Below are positions 1 to 12,016 of a stretch of 64,000 nucleotides of DNA, piece by piece. The position numbers and the translations under genes are program-made. The DNA is from Macrostomum lignano (Eukaryota): positions 1 to 64,000 of the forward strand of contig NIVC01001839.1 in NCBI GenBank assembly GCA_002269645.1, read 5' to 3'. Position 1 is the first letter of the stretch; each line of letters starts with the position of its first letter. Under the pieces are notes generated by a model. The model saw nothing but the letters and a program-made list of their open reading frames with translations, was not told the DNA's origin and did no database searches.

Positions 1-1164
1 AGTGACTCTGAAGACTCTAAAACAAGGAGATGTCACTCTATGAATTAGCCTACTAAGTTAGTAGAAAGTTAAGCGCTAACACTCATGGAATCTGGAACGA
101 CTTCTTTTCTGACTCTTTATTCAACGGGTCTGACTTGCATTGGACGCCGAATATTCTAATATTAGTTTGATAATAATAATATGGTAGACTAGTACAAAAT
201 AACTACTTAAAACTATATTAATATTATTTAATTACATATAAATAACAGCGGAAGCAGACAGTTGAAAGACTAATTATTAATTATATTGCTAAAATTTAAT
301 ATTGTGTTAAATATAAGTGCGACAGAGACTGGGTGTTAACTAAAAAAATCTCAAATTTTAGGATTCAATTCCGACAGTGAAGATTGCGCTAGATCTGGTG
401 CAGACAGTGACTAACAGTTATAAGTTGCTTGCTATTTTGGGTGAGTATTCATTCAAACCTCGAAATTTAGAAATCCATGAAAAATAGGAAAATCCATGAA
501 AGGGAAATTTTGATTTCACGCAATTGAACAGAAAATAATATACTTCAATGAAATGCCAAAAATTGAATGAAACACACAATGCGCCGAAAATCTGCACAGA
601 CACAAGCGTGAATGTTGAGTTATAATATTATAAATGTTAATATTAACAAGTCTTGAAAAAATATAACTCAAGGTAAAAAATATAAATCATATATAAGATA
701 AGATAATACATATTGCCGCAAAGTTTTTCCATTCATCTATCGATGTTAAGATATAGAAATTCATTGCACACACAGAATAAATAGATACATACACGAGGTA
801 TGCCACTGGTTATCTATCTACACAGCAATTACTATAATCAGTAATAAACAACAAACTAATATTGCACAAACTACAGACTATATGGTAACAATAAGAATTA
901 CAAAAGAGATTGCTTATTGCATGCAATTATACAGTTTGATGTCAAAGTGTGACTAATCTCGCGTTGGGCACTGGGCAGAGTCAGAGTGCACAGACAGACT
1001 GAGAATGCAGTAATTTAGTAGATCCTGACAGGTCTCACAACAGGAAAAAAGCAGGTCGAAAACAGGAAAATATATTCGAAAAACTTTTGCTAAATTAGCA
1101 AGATCTGAGAGTGCTTCTAAAAACAATAACGGACTTATGAGAGAATGATACACGAACAATCATA

Positions 1165-1555
1165 TTCTGACAGTCTGACACACTGACAGATAGGCCAAAT
1201 CGGACAGTCTGACACACTGACAAGAATATCATGACATCAACCATTGACCATGATTATCTGTATCCATGTTTGAATACCATGACCTGAAATTTAAACACAC
1301 TGACAAGAAAAGCAGATCTGACAGTCTGACACACTGACAAGAAAGCAGTTTTGACAGTCTGACACACTGACAAGAATATAGGACCTGACAGTCTGACACA
1401 GAGACAATAATAGCAGATCTAACAGTCTGACACACTGACAAGAATATCGGACCTGACAGTCTGACACACTGACAAGAATATCGGACCTGACAGTATCGGA
1501 CCTGACAGTCTGACACACTGATAAAAATAGCATGACCTGAAAGTCCTGACTATTA
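1165..1555. repeat. Degenerate ~34-bp minisatellite directly 3' of the SNRK stop codon
   Basis: Unit GACAGTCTGACACACTGACAAGAATATCGGACCT, e.g. copies at 1455 and 1489. It explains the repetitive ORFs 1229..1516 and 1291..1563. Confidence 0.9.
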
Positions 1556-1564
1556 GCGCTCACA

Positions 1565-2218
1565 CTAGCTCACGCTGCAACACGAGACGCGAAATTTCGA
1601 GGAAGATTTTCGACCACCGCCGCCGCCGCCGCTGCCGTCACCGCCGCGACGCAACGACAACAGGTGCCGATGCCGTTGCTGATGCCGCCGCCGATGCTGC
1701 CGCGGTTGCAACTGCTGCTGACTGTCGTCGGCAACTTGATCGGCAGCTCCTACAATCGATAACGACGCAACGTCGGCGTTAGAGGTTGCCGTAGAGACCG
1801 GAGCGGTAGCAGCCGTTGCTATGGAAACAACAGCAGATGTTGGGGCGGGGACGGCAGCAGCTGCTGTGGATGCTGCGGCAGAAGAAGCAACAGCAGAAGC
1901 AGACGCGGCAGCAGCTTTTGCTCGAGCCAGTCTCAGATCGCGCATCAGCAATTCAACCCGATGCGAGGACAGCGAACGGAGGCTCGACGATGCTGCCGAC
2001 GAGTTCAACGAGAAGCTGCTGTCTCTGGCATTTGCTGACGAGCACTGGCGACCGTCCGATTGACGACGTCTGGATTGTCTGGCCGAGGACGAGGCGGACA
2101 CCGACTGGACTTGGCCGAATGCGCCGCCGGCGCTGACTGCAACGGTCGTGTTGTTTTTCGATGACTGAATTGTTTTTTTTGACAAATCTCTGCCATGTTC
2201 ACAACAGCCTACTTGTAG
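1565..2218 (-). CDS. SNRK: SNRK terminal exon (Ala/Ser/Gln-rich, ends SCCSVS*)
   Basis: Frame is open from the acceptor ...TTCTATTCACAG|CTA at 2218 to TAG at 1565-1567 (218 codons). An alternative phase-1 acceptor TTGCAG|TC at 2136 joins exon 3 directly in frame. The C-terminal SCC resembles the end of vertebrate SNRK (SCCHVI, recalled from memory). The 5' boundary is uncertain. Confidence 0.7.
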   Translation of the reverse strand, partial: LQVGCCEHGRDLSKKTIQSSKNNTTVAVSAGGAFGQVQSVSASSSARQSRRRQSDGRQCSSANARDSSFSLNSSAASSSLRSLSSHRVELLMRDLRLARAKAAAASASAVASSAAASTAAAAVPAPTSAVVSIATAATAPVSTATSNADVASLSIVGAADQVADDSQQQLQPRQHRRRHQQRHRHLLSLRRGGDGSGGGGGGRKSSSKFRVSCCSVS

Positions 2219-2271
2219 CTGTGAATAGAAAAATAAGTAGAGTATTCAGCGTACTATTTTTAGCAGCTTAC

Positions 2272-2300
2272 CTAGAAAATGCTATAGCGTCTTTTGACCA
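2272..2300 (-). CDS. SNRK: Putative 29-nt SNRK micro-exon encoding (V)VKRRYSIF*
   Basis: Acceptor CCTTCAG|TG at 2300 matches the phase-1 donor of exon 3. It ends in TAG followed by a strong donor GTAAGC (2271) and a 53-nt intron with CTGAAT, a pyrimidine tract and CAG. Confidence 0.45.
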
Positions 2301-2349
2301 CTGAAGGTTCGATATTGGTTTTTTTTATTCTGATCAATCAATTCAATAA

Positions 2350-2429
2350 ATGTGTCTGTTTGTCTGTCTGTCTGTTTTAGTGTTTTAGTGTCTGTCTGTC
2401 TACGAGTATCTGTCTGTGTCTGTCTGTCG

Positions 2430-2460
<31 letters not shown>

Positions 2461-2556
2461 CTCTATCTGTCTGTCTGTCTATCTGTCTGCCTGTCTGTCT
2501 GTCTGTCTGTATGTCTGTCTGTCTGTCTCTCTGTCCTCTATCTGTCTGTCTGTCTA

Positions 2557-2618
<62 letters not shown>
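2350..2618. repeat. (TCTG)n/(GACA)n microsatellite in SNRK intron 3
   Basis: Direct reading of the tetranucleotide run. Confidence 0.97.
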
Positions 2619-2646
2619 AATCCATCAATCCGTCTCCACCGCTCAC

Positions 2647-3380
2647 CAATAGGCGATTCAGTGTCGCCAACAGCTGCGGAAGCCTCCAAGGAGGCTGGCG
2701 GCTCGTCCAGTTCGCGAATGGGACAGCAGACAACGGCTGCCAGACTGCCGCCAATATTATGATCAGACGACACCGCGTCGGCAATGAAACCAGGATTGTC
2801 TGGCGATTCATAGCAACAGCCAAAGCCGCCGCAGGCGAGCTCGCCCAGGCTGTACTCGCTCAACGGTCGGCTTGGCGAATCCGACGATTCCGAGCTACTT
2901 CCGGCCCGACTTCCGGCGCTGGATTTCCTACCGACGATGGCCGCTGCTCCGCCGACGCCGGATCGCTTAGTGAGGTGGTGATGATGGTGTAACCGGAATG
3001 AGCCGCCACCAGAGCCTAGCAGAGCCAACTGATGCTGCTGCAATTGAAGGCTCAATTGATGCTGCTGCTGCTGTAGCTGAGCCTGCTGTTGCTGCTGCTG
3101 CTGCGAATTCTCGTCTAAACTGGCTGCCATTGCTTTTAGTAGCAGCTGAGGCGACGAGCGAACCGAGACTAACGATCGGTGCCGAGCGCTGCTGGACCTG
3201 GACCGGCCTTCAAGCACCACCGCGGCGGCTGGGGTGGCAGATCCGCCGCCAGAGAATGTTGCAGACATTGCTCCTGGCAGTGCAGCACCAGACTCTTCTG
3301 CTAGGGAAGCTAAGCCAATGTCTTCTTCTTCGATTATCATTGAGAATCGTCTGAGTTTCTCTTCGACGCTTAGGGATGCG
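2647..3380 (-). CDS. SNRK: SNRK exon 3 (low-complexity regulatory tail, polyQ/polyH)
   Basis: Acceptor CTGCAG|C at 3380 is phase 2, consistent with exon 2, giving C-ASLSVEEKLRRFSMIIEEED. Donor G|GTGAGC at 2646. Open frame throughout. Confidence 0.8.
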
Positions 3381-3409
3381 CTGCAGGTGGGTTGATGTGT
3401 TCGTATTAC

Positions 3410-3665
3410 ATCTGGGGATTCTATTGAGGATCTGGGATTTTATTGAAGATCTGGGGATTCTATTGAGGATCTGGGGATTTTATTGAGGATCTGGGAATTC
3501 TATTGAGGATCTGGGATTTTATTGAGGATCTGGGGATTCTATTGAGGATCTGGGGATTTTATTGAGGATCTGGGGATTCTATTGAGGATCTGGGGATTTT
3601 ATTGAGGATCTGGGGATTCTATTGAGGATCTGGGATTATTGAGGATCTGGGGAATCTATTGTTTA
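3410..3665. repeat. 20-bp minisatellite (GAGGATCTGGGGATTCTATT)n in SNRK intron 2
   Basis: About 12 tandem copies read directly. Confidence 0.95.
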
Positions 3666-3758
3666 AATCTGTTAAAGTGTTTAAATCCTAAAGATAAGGG
3701 TTTAAGATTAAGATTAAAACAATAAAGGTAATAATTAGTGACAATTCAAACAACTAAC

Positions 3759-4317
3759 CATGAGGACTGCCGACTACTGCCGCCTGCGCCCCCTGCTGCC
3801 GCCGCCGCCCCCGCAGTCTCCGGGATGCTCTCCAGCTCGGCAGACTGCCCCCTGCTGGGTGGCCGGCCCCCACCCGAGCTGCCAATAGACAGTCGGTGCC
3901 GTTCGAGTCGTGCCCGCCGCATGAGTCGCTCGGCTAGCAGGTAATAAGTAGCAGTCACGTGACTATAATCGTCTCTACCCAGAGCGGCTAAAATCTCGTC
4001 GCGAGTAGCTAAACCGCCTTCGACCATTTTGTCAACAACTTCCAATTGATCTTCGGGCGAAACCTCGTTGGCGCAGACTAGCGGAGTGCCGCAGGACAGC
4101 GTGGGCAGGCCGCAGAGCCATTCGTCCTCGAGGATGGAGTCAAGAGTAGGCCGTCGGGTTGGATCGCGTTGAAGCAGGCGCTCTATTAAACGTCGGCAGG
4201 GTAAAGAGACGTGACGAGGCACTCGGTAGCGAACGTCCATGATGCGGGCTAGAGTCTCTGAGTCGTTCTGCTCTTGAAACGGCAGCTTGCCAGTGGCTAG
4301 CATGAATAGGATGACAC
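3759..4317 (-). CDS. SNRK: SNRK exon 2 (kinase C-lobe and UBA domain)
   Basis: Acceptor CCAG|GT at 4317; translation GVILFMLATGKLPFQEQNDSETLARIMDVRY...DYSHVTATYYLLAER matches SNRK. Donor TG|GTTAGT at 3758. Confidence 0.93.
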
Positions 4318-4364
4318 CTGGCCGAGGTAATTTGGTGAGAAATTTATTGTAGTGTTTTTTATAA

Positions 4365-5875
4365 AGACTGGTTCCCTCAGGACCCATGTGTGATTGTCTG
4401 GTTCCTTCAGGACCAGTATGTGATTGTCTGGTTCCTTCAGGACCAGTGTGTGATTTTCTGGTTCCCTCAGGACCAGTGTGTGATTGTCTGGTTCCTTCAG
4501 GACCAGTATGTGATTGTCTGGTTCCTTCAGGACCAGTGTGTGATTTTCTGGTTCCTTCAGGATCAGTGTGTGATTGTCTGGTTCCTTCAGGATCAGTGTG
4601 TGATTGTCTGGTTCCCTCAGGACCCATGTGTGATTTTCTGGTTCCTTCAGGATCAGTGTGTGATTGTCTGGTTCCTTCAGGACCAGTGTGTGATTGTCTG
4701 GTTCCTTCAGGACCAGTGTGTGATTGTCTGGTTCCCTCAGGACCCATGTGTGATTTTCTGGTTCCTTCAGGATCAGTGTGTGATTGTCTGGTTCCTTCAG
4801 GACCCATGTGTGATTTTCTGGTTCCTTCAGGACCCATGTGTGATTGTCTGGTTCCTCAGGACCCATGTGTGATTTTCTGGTTCCTTCAGGACCCATGTGT
4901 GATTGTCTGGTTCCTTCAGGACCAGTGTGCGATTTTCTGGTTCCTTCAGTACCAGTGTGTGATTGTCTGGTTCCCTCAGGACCCATGTGTGATTGTCTGG
5001 TTCCCATCAGGACCCATGTGTGATTTTCTGGTTCCTTCAGGACCAGTGTGTGATTGTCTGGTTCCTTCAGGACCAGTGTGTGATTGTCTGGTTCCTTCAG
5101 GACCAGTGTGTGATTGTCTGGTTCCCTCAGGACCCATGTGTGATTTTCTGGTTCCTTCAGGATCAGTGTGTGATTGTCTGGTTCCTTCAGGACCCATGTG
5201 TGATTTTCTGGTTCCTTCAGGACCCATGTGTGATTGTCTGGTTCCTTCAGGACCCATGTGTGATTTTCTGGTTCCTTCAGGACCCATGTGTGATTGTCTG
5301 GTTCCTTCAGGACCAGTGTGCGATTTTCTGGTTCCTTCAGTACCAGTGTGTGATTGTCTGGTTCCCTCAGGACCCATGTGTGATTGTCTGGTTCCCATCA
5401 GGACCCATGTGTGATTTTCTGGTTCCTTCAGGACCAGTGTGTGATTGTCTGGTTCCTTCAGGACCAGTGTGTGATTGTCTGGTTCCTTCAGGATCAGTGT
5501 GTGATTGTCTGGTTCCCTCAGGACCCATGTGTGATTTTCTGGTTCCTTCAGGATCAGTGTGTGATTGTCTGGTTCCCATCAGGACCCATGTGTGATTTTC
5601 TGGTTCCTTCAGGACCCATGTGTGATTTTCTGGTTCCTTCAGGACCCATGTGTGATTTTCTGGTTCCTTCAGGACCCATGTGTGATTGTCTGGTTCCTTC
5701 AGGACCAGTGTGCGATTTTCTGGTTCCTTCAGTACCAGTGTGTGATTGTCTGGTTCCCTCAGGACCCATGTGTGATTGTCTGGTTCCTTCAGGACCAGTG
5801 TGTGATTGTCTGGTTCCCCCAGGACCCATGTGTGATTGTCTGGTTCCTTCAGGACCTCAAATGTGATTATCTATA
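4365..5875. repeat. 30-bp minisatellite (GTTCCTTCAGGACCAGTGTGTGATTGTCTG)n in SNRK intron 1
   Basis: About 50 copies. Variant markers (GTACCAGT, TGCGATTT) recur at ~391-bp spacing. Confidence 0.97.
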
Positions 5876-6054
5876 GGATTATCTTTAGGAACCAATCGTG
5901 GTTGTTTAGTTGCCTCAGATTTGATAATTATCTAAGTTGCTTCAGGCGTGATTGATTGCTTTATTCAGGTGCATAGCATTATTTTCATTTGGCCCATCCT
6001 GGTAACCCTTCTTGCAGCCTTAATAGTACTACTGATAGCAGAATGGAGACCCAC

Positions 6055-6697
6055 CAAGCGACCAGACGTCAACCTTAGTAGCATCGTACGAATCGCCGAG
6101 AAGAATCTCAGGCGCGGAATAGGCCAAACTGCCGCAAGATGTTTCCAAGAATTTACCAGGCGTAAACACGTTGGAGAAGCCGAAATCGGTCAGTTTAACT
6201 AGGCCTTGCTTCTCAAACACGACGCAGTTTTCTAATTTTAAATCTCGGTGACAAACGTGCAATTTGTGACAATAGGCAATAGCTGTGACAATCTGATGAA
6301 AGAAACTCTTAGCCATTGATTCTTTAAGGCCGCGTTCGTGCTTCAAGATGTAATCGTACAGATCGCCTCCATCGCCTAATTCCAGGATTAGATACAGTCG
6401 ATTTGCAGTGTCAATCACTTCGTAAAGCCTTACAACATTGGGATGCTGGACTAGTTTCATGCACATCACCTCTTGGAATAGGTGTTCCCTACTAACAGCG
6501 TCTAATTTGCTTTTGTCAATTACTTTCACGGCTACCTGTTCGCCAGTAAATGTGTGTTTAGCAAGTTTAACAACTGCAAAATGGCCTCGACCGATGGTAT
6601 GCTCAAGATCATATTGACCGGCTATGGTGGAATCAATTGAAAAGTGTCGCTGTACATGCTGCTGTTTTTGCAGCTGGTGCTGCTGCTGCTGTGCCAT
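6055..6697 (-). CDS. SNRK: SNRK exon 1 (kinase N-lobe to subdomain IX), AMPK/SNF1-related Ser/Thr kinase
   Basis: [17 protein letters not shown], [14 protein letters not shown], [20 protein letters not shown] and [16 protein letters not shown] are characteristic of SNRK. First in-frame ATG at 6697; phase-1 donor G|GTGGGT at 6054. An upstream coding exon cannot be excluded (in-frame TAG acceptor at 6827). Confidence 0.95.
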
Positions 6698-7873
6698 TGA
6701 TGGAATTTGCCAACTGTTAATTGCCAGACAACGTTCATATGGTTTGGCGTGCAAATGGAATAGGATGGAGTTCACAAATTGAATCGAATATTCAAGTGCT
6801 GATGCCAATTTAATGATGACAGTGGTCTAGAAGAATGCCCAATATTGTAGCATATCAACAGCTGAAAGAAATAATTCATCTCAAGTTCAATAATCTTAAA
6901 ATGAAAACCAATGACTAAATATAAATCTTATTAAGGTGCACAAACAACATTAAGAGTACAAGTTTAGCTTTCAGCAGTCTCATAAAACTTTCAGTTTGTT
7001 TACAATTTTTGGTTTGCTAATATACAATACAGTTTTTTGTCTACTACAAAATATGAAATAAAATATTAGTAATTAATATAAATATAAATATATGTGTATA
7101 TATATTACAAGTATATATCTATATATCTTTAGTCATTTAGTTTTTATTATTTTATACTTGAGATACTGATAAAATAGCAAACTCATTATGTAACAATAGT
7201 GATAGCTAATTATGTTAGAAGTATGAGTATATCTTCCATATCCATCCATCCAATCCATCCACCATCCACCAATGCATCCACTATCCACTTATCAAGTGCA
7301 ATAATCCACTATCCACCAAAAAAATATACCAAAAATGGTCTGCCTGTGTGTGTGTGTGTGTGTGTGTGTGATCAATTTAAGCAAAAATGGCTCAACTGAT
7401 TTTCTTCAAACTTGCAATGCTCAATCAGAAATTTTTCCTTGACAGTACATGTATTGTGGCTAAGAAGTTGCTTGATGCTAAAGGGATTAAATATTTGAAA
7501 AACATGCTTTTTTGCAAAGGTCAAGCAGCTCTTTTCAATTTAAAATGCATTCTAAGAATGCTGAATAAAAAACTGACTGGATGAATTTTGATTCTAAAAT
7601 AGATTGCATCAAAATAGGCTTTTTATTTACCAATTGTGTATTGGCAGAATTTTGACACTGAATTGAATTGCATCACAGCATTGAAAATGCAATGTGGAAG
7701 CATACTACAATACTTGATTTATATTGTATAACCATATTGTTAACTTTCATAGAGACTAGTACTGAATTGCCTAAGAAATTTATTATGTCATAAGTGCTTC
7801 TTGTGACTTTTACTCTAACTGACTTGGTGTGAGTGTTTAATTATAAGTACTACAAATTCACTTATAACTTTGA

Positions 7874-7935
7874 TGACAGCTAGCCTAGAGGTGAACAGGC
7901 TGGGCTGCTAATGTAGTAACCGGAGTTCAAACTTT
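7874..7935 (+). other. Degenerate tRNA-like (SINE-head-like) remnant
   Basis: A-box-like TAGCCTAGAGG, loop-like CTGCTAA and B-box-like GGAGTTCAAAC at tRNA-like spacing. The stems do not pair, so it is not a functional tRNA. Confidence 0.3.
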
Positions 7936-8004
7936 AGTAATGTAATAAAAGTAGTATAATTTTTTATTGAAGTCTTTTATTAAAGGACTAATTAAAAAGA
8001 CCTA

Positions 8005-8330
8005 GATTACTGCGCTTGATAAACCAAGGATTATTGGACTCAATAAACCAAGGATTACTGCACTTGATAAACCAAGGATTACTGCACTTAATAGAGCAAG
8101 GATTATTGCACTAGCTTAGAAATGGACTATGCACTAGCTAAGACATCAATTTTGCACTTGATAAGTTAAGGATTATTGCATTAGATAATAAAATGATTAT
8201 TGCACTAGCTAAAAAGCAGATTATTGTGCTGGAATAAAAAGAGATTATTGTGCTAGCTAAGACATGGATTATTGCACAACCTGAGAAAGAAATTATTGCA
8301 TTAGTGGAGGAAATATTGTCACTAACTACT
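8005..8330. repeat. Degenerate 24-bp minisatellite (AAACCAAGGATTACTGCACTTGAT)n
   Basis: Copies at 8021, 8045 and 8069, decaying 3'. Confidence 0.85.
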
Positions 8331-8339
8331 TCTATCTGG

Positions 8340-8790
8340 TGAATGCTTGCTATCTAAGGATGCTTACTATTGGGCGATGCTTGCTCTCAACGGGGGTACT
8401 TGCTATTTGGGAGAGGGGTATACTGGCTACACATGTATCTACATGTATGGGATTTTTCTATCTAGGGCTGCTTGCTTTTTAGAGATTATTGCTATCTACA
8501 GGATGCTTGTTATCTGGGTAGATGCTTGCTATTTATATGACACTTGATATCTAGGGGATGCTTGCTATCTGGGTGATGGTTGCTATTTGGAGGATGCTTG
8601 CTATCTGAGAGAATGCTTGTTTTCTGGGGGATAGTTGCTATCTGAGGGGATCGTTGCTATCTGGGGGATGGTTGCTATCTGAGGGGATGCTTGCTATCTG
8701 GGGGATGCTTGCTATCTAGGGGGATGCTTGCTATCTGGGGGGATGCTTGCTATCTGGGGGATGCTTGCTATCTGGGGGGATACTTGCCCC
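8340..8790. repeat. ~19-bp minisatellite (GGATGCTTGCTATCTGGGG)n
   Basis: Copies at 8704, 8723 and 8742, more degenerate 5'. Confidence 0.88.
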
Positions 8791-11700
8791 CCCCCTGGGG
8801 GATCTAAGGGATGTTTTCTATTTAGGGAGAATGTTTGTTATCTTTGTGAAAACTTTATTTTATTGTCTTTCTGTTAAGTTTAGGAAAAAAAGAAAGAGAT
8901 TAATAGTAAACATCTTTGTCCATGATAATTGTACTCAAATAAGGTGATTTATAAAACTGAAGAACTGGTTCTTAAGAAATAAGCTTTTTTAATTGTTTTT
9001 CATGAATAATGTTTGCTCCTTGCTTATTGCACACCCTGAGGGGATACTAAATTGCTAGTCCTAGATACTAATTCGTTAGTTTATACTTAATAAACTTTGG
9101 AATAAGAACAGCAATATTTAACATCATGAAAAGACCAAGGCTCCATTAAAATTAAATTATTTATCAAATATATTGTTTGGAAGATAGTTAAAACTAAAAA
9201 TTTTTTTATTGTATGTTTAAATCTTATATAGCATATATTATGTTTCTTTAAAATATTGTTTTATCAATCAATTGATAAAAATCAATGAAAGTACAGTGTT
9301 CGGTGGTGGGGCCAGGTGGGCAAGAGGATGGGGGTGGGAGGGTTGGGGCTTTTGGGGGCTTTTGTATGGGCTTTTGGGGGCAAAGTGGTGAGCGGTAGAG
9401 GGGGTAAGTGACCGCAGAGTTGAGGTTTGGTGGGTGGTTTGAAATTACAGGGGAATCCATTGTGACTAGAAAGAAAAAGACTGAGGAATTTAATTAGGCA
9501 TTGGATTTGAAAGTTGAAATGGACATAGAATGAAGAAGAAAATGTGAACGCACAAATTTTAAATATTTCAATAAACAGATGAATGAATCCAATATGCCTC
9601 AATCAATCAATCAAGTATAAATCAACAAGGTGCACTATATTCCAGTTCAATCACAAGTTCAATCACAGTTTATCATAATCCAGGATTCCAGAAACAATCA
9701 AACGAAGCGGACAGACTGGGCAAATGCGCGAAATGATCAAAACTTGCAAGCAAGAGAATATAGCTAACTAACTTAGCTAACAATAGATTGAAGAGTTAAC
9801 ATTCTGCCTTAGATTGTTGCGTGCGCGCACATTTTTATCAGTTAGTGGGCTACCCCCATGCTTTTTATTTTGATACCAACAAGCTAAATTTAAATGGGGG
9901 ATGATCCTAGACAGTATACAAGTGACCTTGTCATTGGCCAATAGAGAGCTGCAAAAAACCAACCCCCATAATACAAGCCAATAGATACATAAAATGGATG
10001 CTAAAATTGGCGAGCATGGTATATCCTAGGGTCTCTGCTTTTTAGGAACAAAATTACATAAACATTCTTTTACAATAACTCTATGACTTATATTGCCTAT
10101 TTATAGACTGAATAAAATTAAAGTATAAAAAATGTGCATTGAAGCATCATTTTTGCCATTAAAATGTAGGTTAAACTGTTCAGAACCTATGGTCTAGACC
10201 ATAATAAGGATTGGGAAAGTAGCCTTTTTAAAGAAAATTCTAATGTATATTATAAAATGGTCTAATTTTACATTGACTTAGGGTAAATAATACAATTTGG
10301 CATAAAGAAAAAGCAGTGTACATTGCATTGTATTTTCCCATCTTGTGCAATGCTAAGTAGGACAATTATTAATTAAATGACAGAGCATTTGGAAACCATT
10401 TAGATATTTGGATTTGGATTCAGAATTTTTTTGTATATTCTGATTTGGTTTTAGAAATTTGCAAAAATCTACATTTGGTCTACCACTAGCCCCCCCCCCT
10501 AATAACAATTGCCTAAATTATATTGCCAACCCACCTAAACTTTTGCGGATCCAGGTATACTTGTCAAATTTTTATTCATCAACTGAGTTGACGAGTTTAC
10601 TATATTTCTAGGTAAGCCCAGGTAAATTTGTCAACTTAAGTTTAGTATAAAAAAAGTATAGCGACATAATTTGTTAAACTAGTATGCCATTGAAATTGAG
10701 TTAAAGCTACTGTAAAATAATTATCTATATATTTACTTTTACTTTTATGATTTTTACAGCATTTGTTTAGCTTTGATTTGCTGCCCAATATTTTTGCTTT
10801 TACTATTTACAATTTGTTATAGATTTGTTAACCTAAATTTTTCTTATGGAAATGCTGTGCTTTTTTTGCTGGGTTTTTTTATATTTTTATTTATCTTTGT
10901 GAAATGTATGATGTACAAAACCTAATTAATCAAGAATCAAAATTTCAATAATCATAAATTGAAATTGAATATATTTGAATATGTATTTGAATATAATATT
11001 TAAGTATAAAATCTTAAATCTGCACTTTCTAATAGTGGACTTTGTGGGTGCTCAGATCATTGGCACAAAGTGGAGCTTACTTAATTGAATACTTGTTTAG
11101 CGAATCATGTAATCACAAATGTAATCACGAATCAAACAACATGCAGTTGACAAATTTTACCAGTTGACAAATTTACTAGTTGACGAGTCTGCTAGCACCC
11201 AAGTTTTGCATATTACCAAAAAACTATGCTAGGATTTTTCTGAAAGTTCCGGAGCTAATATGTTGCATATAAATACACAAAGCCAGAAGCAAATATTTCC
11301 AACCATTTAGTTTCCTTCTAACTTTCTTTTTTTCGTGTATGTAAACTCATATGCAATTTATTCACGAATACAAGTAGCTTAAATGCACAAAGTGTAAAAT
11401 GTAAGGAGCAATCGAAATTGTAGGCACACAAAATGTAAACTCATATGCAATTTATTCACAAATACAAGTAGCTTAAAGGTTAGTTAGGTTTCGTAGAAAA
11501 TGAAGAAAAACAAAATGTATCAATATAAATAAGAAAACATACTTAAAACTTGCTTATACTAATTTATTTTAATTCCCTACATAAAAAATACTAAATAAGT
11601 GAACCAAAATAAACATAAATAAAAAAGTTGCTTCGTCTGCTAAAATTCTTTGGCAGACAAAAAGGCGGCAGACAAAATGACCGCAGACCTCTTCAACAAC

Positions 11701-12016
11701 TAAAGATTTGTGACAGGTTTGTTGGCATTCTTTTATCTTATGATGCCTGCTATGCATTTCAATGGGACGGCCCCCATTCGTTTTACGATGCCTATAGAAA
11801 GCATATGGCGTAGGCGTGATAGTATAGTTTCTGTATAATTTTCATTTTATGGCTATACACGTATTTTGTATTTTGTATACTTGACGGATTGACCGATTAT
11901 TGTTCGTTAATGAAAGTCAAGCTATATATTCCATTTTGTTTTACGATGCCTTTGGTATAATTCAGTCCATTATGGGCATCGCAAAACGAAAGTGAGGGGG
12001 GGGGGGTTACTTCGGG

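Noticed and set aside
4297-5876. Repetitive ORFs (GPEGTRQSHT etc.) and a possible CRISPR-like array
   Set aside because: A 30-bp tandem repeat with no unique spacers, lying inside a GT-AG intron of SNRK; no cas genes; eukaryotic context.
7874-7935. Functional tRNA-Ser(GCT)
   Set aside because: Acceptor, anticodon and T stems do not pair and there is no variable arm; kept only as a low-confidence remnant.
9930-10010. CCAAT cluster as the SNRK promoter
   Set aside because: Three pentamers in 80 bp, 3 kb upstream, with no transcript evidence; cannot be supported from sequence alone.
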